In this document: one piece after another, positions 34,082 to 48,778 of the stretch | How positions within the stretch are numbered: the first letter of the stretch is position 1 | Layout: the number at the start of each line of letters is the position of its first letter | Origin: the human T2T-CHM13v2.0 reference genome, Homo sapiens | Reading direction: 5' to 3' (one strand) | Length of the DNA: 64,000 nt | Assembly (NCBI RefSeq): GCF_009914755.1 | Contig: NC_060936.1 | The notes under the pieces: model-generated | The model's database searches: none | What the model was told of the DNA's origin: nothing | Seen by the model: the letters and a program-made list of their open reading frames with translations, nothing else | Program-made: the position numbers and the translations under genes

Positions 34082-35518
34082 GTGAAAGGGAGACTTCTTC
34101 TGAGGGTGGAGGGACTGAGAGCTCACAATACCTGAGATCTCCTCCATTCTCATGCCAGACGTGTTTACCCTGCCTTTATGTCTTCTGCCTGCTAAGACAG
34201 AGGCAAAACCTAGGATCAGTAAGCTTGTGCAGGACTAGACACTGACAGCAGATGCAAAGAGCCAGATCACAGTCTGCTAAGAGCTCTCCAAACAAAATTG
34301 TTTTGCTGTTACTCTTGGCATCATAAAAAGGTGGTTAGGTTTTTATGCTACATGTGACTATGTACATGTAGGGCCAAGTAAAATATTGAGACAATCTGAT
34401 CCTTTCGTTCGAGATGTGATATTGTTGAAACAATACTGGACTAGGAGTCAGGTGATTTGGGTTCTGGCTCAAGCTTCATTACCTACTGCTTGTGTAATCT
34501 TGACTGAAATTACCCTTTCCTAAGCTACTGCCTACCCCTGCCTGACTTGAATATTTATTGAGAAGATGAAATGCAGTATAATATGAAAATGCTATATTTC
34601 GAAAGCCATAAAGTGCAGAATTTTTAGATAGTATTCGTATTAAAGAAGGGGATAAGATAAGGGAATAGCTGAAAAAGCTGTGGTATAGGAAGAGTGTGGG
34701 TGTTGGAGTCAGGCAGGTAGGGTTTAAGTCCTGCTGTATCTGCTACTCTCTGAGTATCCGTACTAACCTGTCTATAAAGTGGGAGTTGTAAAGATTAAAT
34801 GATGTAACACAAAGCTCCTAGCATGTAATCATAATGATAACATCTAATCTTCATTGAGCCCTTATGATATGTCAGTCATTTAATGTGTTATATAATTTTA
34901 TCCTTACAATAACCCTGTAAGTTGCTATTTTTATCCTCATTTTGCAGATTAGAAAACTGAGGGAAGTTAAATAAGCAGCAGAACTGAAATTCAAATCCAG
35001 CCAGTTTGGCTCCATTCCCAGCCTCTTAACCATTAATGTCCTCCCTACCCTTTTTTTTTTTTTTTAACTCTGGATTCAAATGCAGGAATGACATGTATTT
35101 GTGGTTATTGTGTACCAGATGCTGAACTGGGTTTTTTAAATATTTGTTACTGAAGGATAGAAGCACAGTTATATACAATATTTATCACAAATGGATTGTG
35201 TTGGTGTTAATGATGCTGGTAGGTCTATGGTTAATGGGCTCAATCACAACAGGAAGGTTTCTTTAGGCACTTGAGTGGTCATATGAGTGACCCTTCCCTG
35301 CACAAAGGGAGGTCAAAGGTGTTAGTCTTTCATTTGACCAGAAATGGGTGCCCCATGTTATGGTGATTTAAAACTCAGAGTCAGACATCCTTCTTGATCC
35401 AGAAAGCCAAAGGAGCCATTGAAGAGGTATGGCTGGAGCCAGAGGAAATCTTTGACATCCCTGGTTTTGGCATACTTATAAAGCACATGGGGGGAAGCAG
35501 AGGAGGTATCATAAATGA

Positions 35519-35885
<367 letters not shown>

Positions 35886-35894
35886 TGATCTTGA

Positions 35895-36008
<114 letters not shown>

Positions 36009-36897
36009 TAAAATTCTGCCAGGTTAGCCAGGTGCAGTGGCTCATGCTTGTAATGCCAGCACTCTGAGAGGCTGAGGCAGGAGGATCACTTGGGCTCAGG
36101 AGTTGGAGACTAGCCTGGGCAATACAGTGAGACCTCACCTCTACAAAAAAAATTTTTATTTAATTAGCTAGGCATGGTGGCATGGACCTGTAGTCCCAGC
36201 TGCTCAGGAGGCTGAGGTGGGAGGATCATTTGAACTCAGCAGATGGAGGTTGCAGTGACCCGAGATCGAGCCACTGCACTCCAACCTTGGCAATAGAGCA
36301 AGACTCTGTCTCAAAAAAAGAAAAAATCTGCTAATTTAACTTAGAGAAATACTTTCCAACTTTTAAATCCATACATGATTAATATAACACATACTAAAGT
36401 GTAAATAATGAACTTTAACTTGAAACCAGCATAACAGCTAATGCTTTTTGAGCATTTCTTCAGTCAGTTGCTTTAAAAGTGCTTTATGTGAATTAACTTC
36501 CCAACAGTTCTATGAGGGTAGGTATTATTTTAGAGATTCATTTTAGAGAAAAAGAAAACAGACACAAAGAGGTGAAATAACTCCAAGGTCACGTAGCTGA
36601 GGGTAGAGCTGGCATTTGAACAGCAGTCTGCTTCCTACTGTGTTCTGTTTCCCCTTACTAAGCTGCTAGCAGATACATTTACCTGATGTAGATTTGCTTG
36701 CCTGTGTTGTCTAGTGTTGTCCTCAACCCCAGCCCACCTCTAAGAATGACATATGTGAGCTACTTGGTTAAATATGAGAGGCCTAAGCTTTAGCAAATCT
36801 GCGAAGCTAAATTTGGCCATAGCAAAGCCACAGAAGAGCAATGATTTTCATGTTCCAGCATGTTGGATTGACATCAGGTTTTTTCTTTTCATGGCAG

Positions 36898-37007
36898 ATG
36901 ATTTACCCAGGAAAAGGTTACCTCAGCTGTATAAACCGCCCACTCCTGAGATGTTGGCATATCTTGATTTTAGTGTCTCCACAACTGGCATGCTTACAGG
37001 AGTGAAG
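36898..37007 (+). CDS. DIP2B: DIP2B exon (~29), DDLPRKRLPQLYKPPTPEMLAYLDFSVSTTGMLTGVK
   Basis: ggcag|AT..AAG|gtaagg; 110 nt; P-loop-like A3 motif. Confidence 0.96.
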
Positions 37008-37741
37008 GTAAGGTGCATGCTGGAAAAATGCCACATCTGCCAAAAATAGAGATGACCACTGCCCCAGAAACTATAGATGCAGAGGCCAAGTGGTTGTACC
37101 AGAGACCGGTAGGCAGAGTGAAGATCTAAGTCGCTGCTCTATTTAAATAAAGGCATTGGCTCCTCTGGAATGAGTTATCACAAGGAATTTGTATTATTAA
37201 GCGTCTGAACCTAGCATAGAAGCTGAAAGAAAAAGAGTTTTAGTTAAAATATGTATGAAATCTGATATTTAGATATCATAAAATGCAGTATTCGCTGGGC
37301 ACGGTGGCTCACGCCTGTTATCCCAGCTCCTTGGGAGGCCAAGGCGGGCAGATCACCTGAGGTCAGGAGTTCGAGACCAGCCTGAACAACATGGAAAACC
37401 CCGTCTCTACTAAAAATAGAAAATCAGCTGGGCGTGGTGGTGCGTGCCTGTAATCCCAGCTACTCAGGAGGCTGAGGTTGCGGTGAGCTGAGATCGTGCC
37501 ATTGCACCGCAGCCTGGGCAACAGGAGTGAAACTCCATCTAAAAAAAAAAAAAATTCATTATTAACTAATGAACAGAAATATGTTCCCTTAATGGAGTCT
37601 TAGATTAGGCTTTGAAGCACTAAAAATTATGCATTGTTTTGAGGAGTTTAGGGAATTGAAACTCCTCAAAGCTGTCGTCAGAGCTGTTACTCTGCCTGTG
37701 GGATAACAGTCCCAGCCTGTTCCATTTTCCATACTTTCCAG

Positions 37742-37872
37742 ATGTCCCACTCTGCAGTGAACGCTCTGTGTCGAGCCATCAAGCTCCAGTGTGAGTTGTA
37801 CTCTTCTCGGCAGATCGCCATCTGCCTTGACCCTTACTGTGGACTTGGCTTCGCGCTCTGGTGTCTCTGCAG
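37742..37872 (+). CDS. DIP2B: DIP2B exon (~30), MSHSAVNALCRAIKLQCELYSSRQIAICLDPYCGLGFALWCLC
   Basis: ttccag|ATG..CAG|gtaggg; 131 nt. Confidence 0.95.
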
Positions 37873-38549
37873 GTAGGGATGGAAAAGCCAAGGAGACAGA
37901 ATGTGTGGGGGTATACTTTGTGGCCATGGCCATCTCATCCTTCCCTTTGCTCCCTTAATTTGGTAAAGTTTCAGTAAAATGCTAGTGTTTCCAGAATTTA
38001 TGGATCTACTGTGTCTCTGAAGTTTGTTTAAAAACAGTTTTGTCTGTATTCCCTTTGTTATTTTCTGTTAATTTTATTCCTCATACAAAATGGCAGTGAT
38101 CCTGTTACTTGCTCTCTGCTCCACCATGTAATCCTTGCTTTAGAAGCAAAGCCAAGTAGAAGGATGATTCTCGGATGAAATATGTCATGCTTTGACAGCC
38201 AGCACGTACCCCCTCGGCTTGGCAGGAAGGAGCACAATGGGATGGGATGACAGCATGTGGATGGAAAGTAGCACATTTGCCCTGGCCAGGTTGCTCCTTG
38301 CAGAATACAGATCCCAGCTCCTCTCACCATTCCCCCAGGGAACCTCATCTCAGACCTGCATTTTCACCTCCTTGGTGTACATCATGAATGCTTCACAGAT
38401 GCCTGCAGCTCAAGCTCAACGTTCTCCTCCTGTTCTCTCTTTGTTAGGATAGGATCATCCATGTAGGGGCCCACACTAGAAACATGGGTCTTATCTTCAG
38501 ATTCTGTATCTTTATGTCTTGTGTCTAATCAAATGTATGTCCTTTGGCT

Positions 38550-38730
38550 CGGTTGTGCTACACCTGTATGTACATAAGAATCACCTGGGGGTCTTTTAAC
38601 AAAAATTAATGGGACTCCCCAAGACTTATTAACCTTCATCTCCAGAGGTGGAGACCACACCACCAGTATTTTTAAATACAGGATTCCTGAGCTTCTAGTG
38701 ACTCTGATCTATAAACAGGTTTAGGCATAA
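38550..38730. mobile_element. MER5-like hAT relic
   Basis: AGAATCACCTGGGG..ATTTTTAA..GTGACTCTGAT motifs. Confidence 0.55.
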
Positions 38731-38885
38731 AATCACTGCCATTTTGTATGAGCCAAGAGTTTAAGCTTTGTGGCTATAGATGAGACATGATAGGAACTCT
38801 GTTCCTTCCTGTTTTTTCTTGCTTAAAAACAAAAAAAAACATTGTGTTGATAGTTCTTCCTGTGATGGACTGAATATGGATATGA

Positions 38886-39298
<413 letters not shown>

Positions 39299-40562
39299 TA
39301 ACTGTCTCTCAAGTTTCAGTGGCTCGTATCACCAATCCCTACTCCGTATGTCCATATTGTCAGTGTTGCCCCAACTTAAAGTGGCAATGACTGCCTGCTG
39401 GGTGAAGTCTAAACTCCTTCATAGGATGGTTAAGCCCTTTCACAGTTTGGCCTTAGCCCTTCTGGCCTTACTTCTCCATTCACCCTGTATGCTACGATTT
39501 CAGTTGAATACTCTTTCTTTTTCTTCTTTTTCTTTCTCTCTCTTTCTTTTTTTGTTTCTTTCTTTCTCTCTCTCTCTTTTTTTTTTTTTTTTAAAGGAGA
39601 CAGGGTCTCAATCTGTCACCCAGGCTGGAGTGCAGTGGCACAAATCACAGCTCACTGCAGCCTCTCGGGCTCAAGTGATCCTCCCACCTCAGCCTCCCAA
39701 GTAGCTGGGACTACAGGTGTGTGCCACCACGCCTGGCTAATTGTTAAAAAAATTTTTTTTGTAGAGGCATGAGTTTTGCTCTATTACCCAGGCTGGTCTT
39801 CACCTTCTGGGCTCCAGCGATCCTCCCATCATGGCCTCCCAAAGTACTGGGATTACAGGCGTGAGCCACCGTGCCTGGCCACTTGAATACTATTAATATT
39901 TCTGATCGCTTCAAACATGCTGTAATTATCGGCCTTTGTAAATGTTGTTCCTCTGCTTAGAACACCCTCACTACCGTCCCCACTTCTTCTGGCCACTGCC
40001 AAATTCATACTCATTCTTCAAGCTGCAGCTCAAGTGTCACCAGCTCAGTGAAGCACTACCACTCCCCTACCCTGGCTTATCGAGCTTGAATGAACTGCTC
40101 TTTATTCTGTGATGTCAGTGTTCTTGATTCACATCTCATATTCAGAGCATCAATAAAATGGCTATAAACATCTTTAAAAGAAACCATAGGAATAAAATCC
40201 AGTCCACACATAAGGTTTCTGAATAGAAAGAGGAAAAAATGCTACTCCATCAGGGTTTTAAAGATTAGTTATTAGGAATTACCTTTCCAGAATGTTTAGT
40301 ATCATCTTGACCATATTAATTAGCTTGAGGGCAGCTGTAAGAATGTTATGTAGACTTAAGTGACCTACCACAGTCTGCTTTATTTCATAGTTGCTCCTTT
40401 TGCGAGTTGCATAGGAACAAGACTGATTCTTAGAGCTTTATATCTCATATGTCCCTACACTGTCCTTTACACTCAGTAAATATCTGTGGAATTGGTGGGG
40501 TTCTGAAGCATCAGGTATCCAGGATGAATTGATGATTCCAGCTCTTGTCTCTTTCACTGCAG

Positions 40563-40731
40563 TGTCTATTCAGGCCACCAGTCTGTCTTAATTCCTCCTA
40601 TGGAGTTAGAGAACAACCTTTTCCTCTGGCTCTCCACAGTCAACCAGTACAAAATAAGGGACACTTTCTGCTCCTATTCAGTGATGGAGCTCTGCACCAA
40701 AGGTCTTGGGAACCAAGTGGAAGTGCTAAAG
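40563..40731 (+). CDS. DIP2B: DIP2B exon (~31), SVYSGHQSVLIPPMELENNLFLWLSTVNQYKIRDTFCSYSVMELCTKGLGNQVEVLK
   Basis: ctgcag|T..AAG|gtaaga; 169 nt. Confidence 0.96.
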
Positions 40732-41559
40732 GTAAGAAGCAGCTCCAGCAGGTGGCCAGTCCCAAAAGGTTCTGAAGAAATGCGCCAGGACGTAACAGGG
40801 CCAGAGCAGGGGCTAACAGACATGTTTGCTTGCCTTTTTCAAGTCACTCAGTTAAAAAAGGGTGTATTTTAAACTTTGGCAAGTTTATCTCTTCCACCTT
40901 CCTAATTTAGTGCACTCTTCCACAGTTTAATATGATTCTTACTTTGTGGACAAGAAGCGGAAACTGGTTGGGAGGCTAACTGGAAAGACTTTATGTAAAC
41001 ATAAAAGGGAACTGTGGCTTCCAATACTTTTTTTTCCTAATAGAATTTGAAACCTCAAAATATTAGGAATTCAGAATATCTCCAAAGATAAGGGTAACTC
41101 ATTGATTCATGTGTGTGTCAAATGATGATCTGTCTGACTTGCAGATGAGAAAGTCAGAAGATACTGAATTTTCTTTGATAGAAAAATATCTTTGGAATGC
41201 AAAAAGAGATGAGATTAGATCGCCAGAGTTCTAGATTAATTTTTCTCTCAGTCTCATCAAATAGGGGGACATCTAAGGTACAGAAATGAGGAGGGATAAA
41301 AACATTGCTGAAGAGCCTTAGATTTTTAGAAGAAAGAGGAAAGAACTAGAGAATGAGCAAATTTACCAGCAGATAGTGATTTTAATGGGATGCCTTGTCC
41401 GTTTCTTCTTTTCTGAAAGCTGCTTTTTTCTCTGTGTGCCTGAGGTGAGAATACACAATTGCTTGGCTTTTCCTGACCAAGGAGCTAGAACAGTGGCCTT
41501 ACCTGTTCAGTTCTTTTATGATCCTACTGACTTGGCTCCCATATAATGGTGTCTTGCAG

Positions 41560-41730
41560 ACCAGAGGGATCAACCTCTCCTGCGTCCGGACCTGTGTGGT
41601 GGTGGCGGAGGAGAGGCCCCGCGTTGCACTCCAGCAGTCCTTCTCTAAGCTCTTCAAAGACATCGGGCTGTCCCCGCGGGCTGTCAGCACCACTTTTGGA
41701 TCAAGAGTCAATGTAGCAATATGTTTACAG
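41560..41730 (+). CDS. DIP2B: DIP2B exon (~32), TRGINLSCVRTCVVVAEERPR...FGSRVNVAICLQ
   Basis: ttgcag|ACC..CAG|gtgacc; 171 nt. Confidence 0.96.
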
Positions 41731-42156
41731 GTGACCCTCATGAAATCTTGTCTGTTGACAAATGGGAGAGGAATATGGAGTATCCCAGAGCATGGGCTTT
41801 GGAGCCAGGCTGCCTGGGCTTGGGCCCCAGCCGCACTTACTTGCTTTGGAACTTCGGGCTTTTAAATCTCGATTTCTTTGTGTCTCATTTTGCTCATCTG
41901 TAAGGTGAAGGTAGCAGTACTGTGCTTCCCCAGGCAGCTTGCACAATCACTGAGCTGCCAACTCGGAGTTCTTGGAGCAGTGCTGACAGTGAGCGCAGTG
42001 TTGGTGTTTACTTGAGTCATCGTCGTGTGGTCATGATGACGAGTCACAAAGATTTGAGTCCTATTTGGATTTTACTTGTATCTGACCTGTTTTTCCTTTT
42101 TCTTTTTTTTTTTATTTGAGACGGAGCCTTGCTCTGTCACCCCAGCTGGAGTGTAG

Positions 42157-42303
<147 letters not shown>

Positions 42304-42575
42304 TGACCAGGCTGGTCTCAAACTCCTGACCTCAAGTGATCCAGCCGCCTCAGCCTCCCAAAGTGCTGGGATTACAGACATGAGCCACCGCGCCCGGTCT
42401 GACCTTCTGTTTTTCTGTCTCTATATTCTATACCATTTTTTTCTTTCTTTTTTTTTTTTTTTTCCAAACAATAACCTTGTATTCTCTTCTCTACCCAGAT
42501 GGCAACTTTGTCATGTTATTCTTGATGGGTAAATAACAGAAAAGGGACTAGAACTGAGACTAATTTTATGTATTA

Positions 42576-42707
<132 letters not shown>

Positions 42708-42775
42708 TCATCTCTCCCCTACCCCCACCACTCACCTGCAAAAAATATAGATGGGCTTAGTGGTACATGCCTCTA

Positions 42776-42898
<123 letters not shown>

Positions 42899-43326
42899 TT
42901 AAAAAAATAATAAGGCAAATATAGGCATGGACAAAGTGAGTGAAAGAAGATAGCACACATGGGTGGATTATTTCAGGTCTTCTGTGACCTTCTTCTTTCA
43001 GAAGGGTCTTGATGGTTTAAACTTGAGCCCCATCATAGCCCTCTTGCTGTCACTGTGGCCAATACTGGTTTTGCAAGTCCCTGGGTTGCCGACCTGTGTC
43101 ACCTCTGCTTTGAATCCAGGGATGAAAGCCCTCCTCAGCATGGAAATGTTTCAGTGCTGCCACAGTCCCCGTGATAAGAGTGAGAGCAGGGGGCCTACTC
43201 TCAAGGGGAGGAGAGGTGAAAAGAGTGTGGATTTTTCATGTATATGGCTAAATTATTTCTTGGTTTGAAAATGTGAAATACAGTTTATCGAAATTCTAAA
43301 CAACGCATTGATTTGTCTTTCTTTAG

Positions 43327-43388
43327 GGAACCTCAGGGCCTGATCCGACTACTGTGTATGTGGATCTGAAATCACTAAGACATGACAG
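43327..43388 (+). CDS. DIP2B: DIP2B exon (~33), GTSGPDPTTVYVDLKSLRHD
   Basis: ctttag|GGA..CAG|gtacaa; 62 nt. Confidence 0.95.
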
Positions 43389-43934
43389 GTACAACAGATT
43401 TATTAATGCTCCTTTCCTACTAGTTCCTAAGCATAACAAATTCGGAACCTCAAAGCCAGCATTTTCCCTCATTCCTTTTGTTCATATATTCCAGGAGGGG
43501 AATGGGAAGAGGGAAGGAATTTGTTTTTATCATTAATACATAAGATTTACATTTATAAGAAAGCTTTAATTCTCTCAGTTGCTACACTGTTCTTTAATAT
43601 TAAAGTATAATAGTTATTGCCCATATAAAAGTATTTTGTGACATTTGATATAAATTAAACTAAAATGGATAGTCTCTTTCCTCTAAGAGTTTAAAAATAA
43701 TAGGACAGATAAGATAAATGAGTCAGAGTAGGGTTTTTGAAACAACACTTTATCTGAGCCCCATGGGTAAAAGCCTGCCTCCTTAGCCCAGAAGGGAATT
43801 TTAGCTGTGTCCGGCAGTGAGCACTGGCCCAGGGCTCTAAGACTTCTCTTCCCAAGCCCCACTACCCTGGATGTGTTATCTGGAGTGCCCCACTGCACTG
43901 ACCTAGCCTGCATAGGTGGAACATCTCTCTCATG

Positions 43935-44147
43935 CAGCAGTTTGAAACCTGGGAAGATTTTGCCACCCTAGAGGAGATTTGACAATGTCTGGAAACATTT
44001 TGGGTTGTCATAAAAGGGGGCTTGCTACTGACATCTAGTGGGCAGAGGCCAGAGGTGTTGGTAAACACCGCAATGCACAGGATAGCCCCTTTCAACAAAA
44101 AATTATCTGGCCAAAATGTTAGTAGTGCTGAGTTTGAGAAACCCCTC
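43935..44147. mobile_element. MER20 hAT element
   Basis: GATTTTGCC..GACAATGTCTGGA..CATCTAGTGGG.AGAGGCCAG..AATTATCTGGCCAAAATGT..TTGAGAAACCC. Confidence 0.85.
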
Positions 44148-44264
44148 TGTAGTATGAGGAAGAGAGACAAGTTAGAGGTTGTGGGAAGGCAGCACCGAGC
44201 TGCAGGAACATGGCGACTTCTCCTCTTAAAAGCCCTATATGTAGTAAATACCGTTCTTCTGCAG

Positions 44265-44322
44265 GGTTCGTCTCGTGGAACGTGGCGCCCCTCAGAGTTT
44301 GCTTCTCTCAGAGTCTGGAAAG
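44265..44322 (+). CDS. DIP2B: DIP2B exon (~34), RVRLVERGAPQSLLLSESGK
   Basis: ctgcag|G..AAG|gtaatt; 58 nt. Confidence 0.95.
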
Positions 44323-46227
44323 GTAATTTGTTCTGTTGACCATGGGGAAGGTGGGCTGTGTGGAGAAGTGGTTCAGTTTAAAGAAACCAGAAGCCATATA
44401 ATATATTAGTGTCCAGGGCAAGCCTTAATTGAAATCTGGAGATAATTTCAGCTTGGCTAATACTTTCAAATTCATATGGGTACATAGATAAGAAGAATAG
44501 TAAATTTGAACTCTCTTAATTTCCATCGATTTTTAAAAATCCAACTGACATGTTATTCTTATTGACAGACCAGCAAAATGCAGTGCTCATTGTATGAAAG
44601 GTGGATAGAAGAGCTGGTTCTATGTTTTTTTTTCATGGTTTTTTTTGTTTTTTTGTTTTTTGTTTTTTGTTTTTTTTGAGATGGAGTCTCACTCTGCCAC
44701 CCAGGCTAGAGTGCAGTGGCGCGATCTCGGCTCACTGCAACCTCTGCCTCCCAGATTCAAGGAGAACTTGCCTCAGCCTCCGAGTAGCCGGGGTTACAGG
44801 CACCTGCCCCCACGCCCAGCTAATTTTTGTGTTTTTAGTAAAGATGGGGTTTCACCATGTTGGCCAGGCTGGTCTTGAACTCCTGACATCAGGTGATCAC
44901 CTGCCTCGGCCTCCCAAAGTGCTGGGATTACAGGCATGAGCCACTATGCCCGGCCCGGTTCTATCTTACAAACGTCACAAGGAGAAAGCTAGGAGAGGCC
45001 GAGATGGGAGTGTGGTTTAAGGTCAGGGAAGACACACATGCATTTAAAGTTGAAAGGAAAATAAAAATGGGGATGAGATTAAAGATATTTGAGAGTTAAC
45101 ATCTGTGGGAGTAAGATTTCTTAGATTAGAATGAGGCTATAAAACGTCAAAAGAGAGATTTAGTGAGAAGCAATTTACTAAGGATGATAGGAAACCCACA
45201 TGCATTGTCAAGACAAGTGGGAATTTCTCTGCCCTTTGATGAGATAATGATGATACCTCAGAATCCTGTCTAGTAATTCTGAAGGGCAGTGAAAAAATTG
45301 TGGAGGGAAAAAAAGAATCCCTGCCAAACCTACTTGGTGGTGTATCACCCCATGGGGCGCTTACTCCAGTCTCACTTTCCGTTTGCATCTGCGAGCAGAG
45401 GGGGATTTGGCTGATTTTGTCACTGCCTTGTCACATCTTCACTTGCCTCAGCAGCCAAGCACACCTCACGAGCATTAGCCTGTGCCCACCCTGGACTAAG
45501 GGAACCGTCTCATCTCTTCCTTGAGGTTTTAGATGTTTGCACCCAGATAATTATTGAGGGCTTCTCAAGTAACCTCATACTTTAGAAACCCAAGATAAAA
45601 AGGGAGTTTGAAGGGGGCAGAATATGGGTAACCAGAGAGGCCCTTCTTTTGTTAGAATGGCTGAGCCATTCCCTCAGCCAGCGTATGTGTCTTCCTTTTC
45701 CTTCCTGAGGAAGATCCTAGGGTCAAGGATATCCTTCTGTCCTGCAAAGCTGCTGCTGTCCTCTGTCACTCTTCACATTCCTCCAACTCTAGCACCAGCT
45801 GGAGTCTGGAGTGGAGTGACTTAGGCTGTCCCTGCCTGCTGCCCTTTCTGTTTTAAAGGGTTTCACTGCCATCATTCCAGTGAATGAGAAAGAACATGAA
45901 AAGGGAAAGGTTATTCTACAAATTCTACTGTTAAGGTCCTGATCTGCAATTTCTCATCCCTTTGAAGAGATGGCAGACTGGCTCCCATTTTATTTTTGAG
46001 GCTGAGTTTTATTAGACCTTTCGTCTTCAATGAACTGAGGAAGGTTCAGTGAGAGCAAGACACAAGGTCTCTGCCATGATCCCCTCAGGGTAGCTGCTGT
46101 GATGCCGCTACAGCTGGCTCGCCATGTGTGCCTCTCTCACCTCTCCAGCAGGTAACTAACCGTGCGTTTCCTGGAGGTCATTAGATTTCACTGAACTCAA
46201 TCTTTGTATTTTCCCTTTGATTCTTAG

Positions 46228-46302
46228 ATTTTACCTGGAGTGAAAGTGGTTATTGTTAATCCTGAGACCAAAGGGCCGGTTGGAGACTCTCACCTTGGAG
46301 AG
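46228..46302 (+). CDS. DIP2B: DIP2B exon (~35), ILPGVKVVIVNPETKGPVGDSHLGE
   Basis: tcttag|ATT..GAG|gtttgt; 75 nt. Confidence 0.95.
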
Positions 46303-47592
46303 GTTTGTAATAATTTTCATTTTTACTCTGAAAAGTCAGCAGTAAAAATCTCTAGGGTTCACATTTTAGAAATCAGTAAAACTGTGGATTTAGCTTTCCC
46401 CCGTTGTGAATGGAGTTAATTTTTTTCTGTAAGGCATGAGACTGAAATTGACAGAAGAGGGAGATTGAAACTGGGATCCAGGGAAGATTTAGGCACCCAA
46501 ACTGGAAATGGTACCAGATTTGTCCACTGACATGCCCTTAGCTAGAAAGGAAAGTGAGCAAATCCTACATATTCCCACCTATTAAGGTATGAAACTGAAA
46601 GGAGTCACATACTTACAAATTTTTAAGGTCATTCAGATGTTATATTGTATTCTAAAATGTATCCATGTTTGCATTAACAAAAAAATTCTAGGCCCAGCCC
46701 TTTAACAAAAAATATTTATATATAAATACATATTATTTGTATATAAGTATATAAAAATTAACTATATAAAATAGTTAATTTTTCTTCCCCCAAATCTTTG
46801 TTTTTGTTTGTTTATTTGAGACAGTCTCACTCTGTTGCCCAGGCTGGGCTTACTGCAACCTCCGCCTCCCGGGTTCAAGTGATTCTTGTGCCTCGGCCTT
46901 CCCAAGTAGCTGGGACTACAGGCACGTGCCACCATGTCTGGCTAACTTTTTGTATTTTTAGTAGAGATAGGGTTTTACTATGTTGCCCAGGCTGGTCTCG
47001 AACTCATGAGTTCAGGTGATCCGCCTGCCTTAGCCTCCCAAAATACTAGGATTACAGGCATGAGCCCCCATGCCCAGCCTCCCCAAATCTTTGAAGGATG
47101 CTGATATTTCATTACGTAGCTGAATGGGAGGAGTCCTGTAAGTGCAGGAGCCAGATGACCTCGGCTCTGCCACTTACAAGCTTCTCAGTATTGGACAGGT
47201 TAATTTCTTGGGGCCTCAGTTTCCTCATCCATAAATAATAATAGCACTGGTGGCCGGGCGCAGTGGCTCACATCTGTAATCCCAGCACTTTGGGAGGCCA
47301 AGGCGGGTGAATCACGAGGTCAAGAGATCGAGACCATCCTGGCCAACATGAGGAAACTCCGTCTCTACTAAAAATACAAAAATTAGCTGGACATGGTGGC
47401 GTGTGCCCGTAGTCCCAGCTACTCAGGAGGCTGAGGCTTGAACCTGGGAAGCAGAGGTTGCAGTGAGCCGAGATCACGTCACTGCACTCCAGCCTGATGA
47501 CAGAGCAAGACTCTCAAAAATAATAATAATAATAATAGCACCATCCAGGTGCAGTGGCTCAGGCCTGTAATCCCAACACTTTGGGAGGCTGA

Positions 47593-47993
<401 letters not shown>

Positions 47994-48600
47994 TAGTAGT
48001 AGCACCTACCTCACCTCCTGAGTAGAATCATTATAACAATTAAATGTATTAACACCTGCATCTGTAGTGTACATGGAACAGTGTCTGTCACATAATGATT
48101 CTTAGTAACATTATTGTTAGCTATCGCTCTGTTTATATTATAAACTCAAAACACCCCATGGTGTTTCCCTGTGGGCTTCCACAGTTATCCCGGAAGCACA
48201 GAAACGATCCCTGATGTGTTCGTGGGACTCTGGAGGAGAGTGAGAAATGAGCCAGGGAGGCAGGGTAGCCTTGTGGGTGAGAGCACGGCCTCCGGAGCCA
48301 CACGGGCATGGGTGCGAGTCTCCTCATTTCTGCATGTTAGGTGAATTAGTTAACTCCTTGTTTTTTCATCCGTAAAATGGGAACAACATTGTATGAACTA
48401 TGTTGTCATGTCATATATATCAGGATGGATGGAGATTAGGTACATGATGAGCACGTGGTAAATGTCAGCTGCCTTTATTGATGCAGTTGTGTTGTTGTTA
48501 ATATAAAAATGAGATTTAAAAAATCAAAATAACCTGATCCAAGAGAATTAATACAGTTGTGTGTCCCCAGTGAGTTGTGATCAAAGCACTTTTCTTGTAG

Positions 48601-48778
48601 ATTTGGGTGAACAGTCCCCATACAGCCAGCGGCTACTACACCATCTATGATAGCGAGACTCTTCAAGCTGATCATTTCAACACTCGCCTCAGCTTTGGAG
48701 ATGCAGCTCAGACACTCTGGGCTCGGACAGGATACCTTGGTTTTGTCCGCCGGACCGAGCTCACAGCGGCCACTGGAG
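48601..48778 (+). CDS. DIP2B: DIP2B exon (~36), IWVNSPHTASGYY...LWARTGYLGFVRRTELTAATG
   Basis: ttgtag|ATT..GGAG|gtactt; 178 nt. Confidence 0.96.

Noticed and set aside
41120-41173. C/D-box snoRNA-like pattern (ATGATGA..CTGA..CTGA)
   Set aside because: Only ~46 nt from box C to box D, no recognisable guide, weak terminal stem, atypical distance from the 3' splice site
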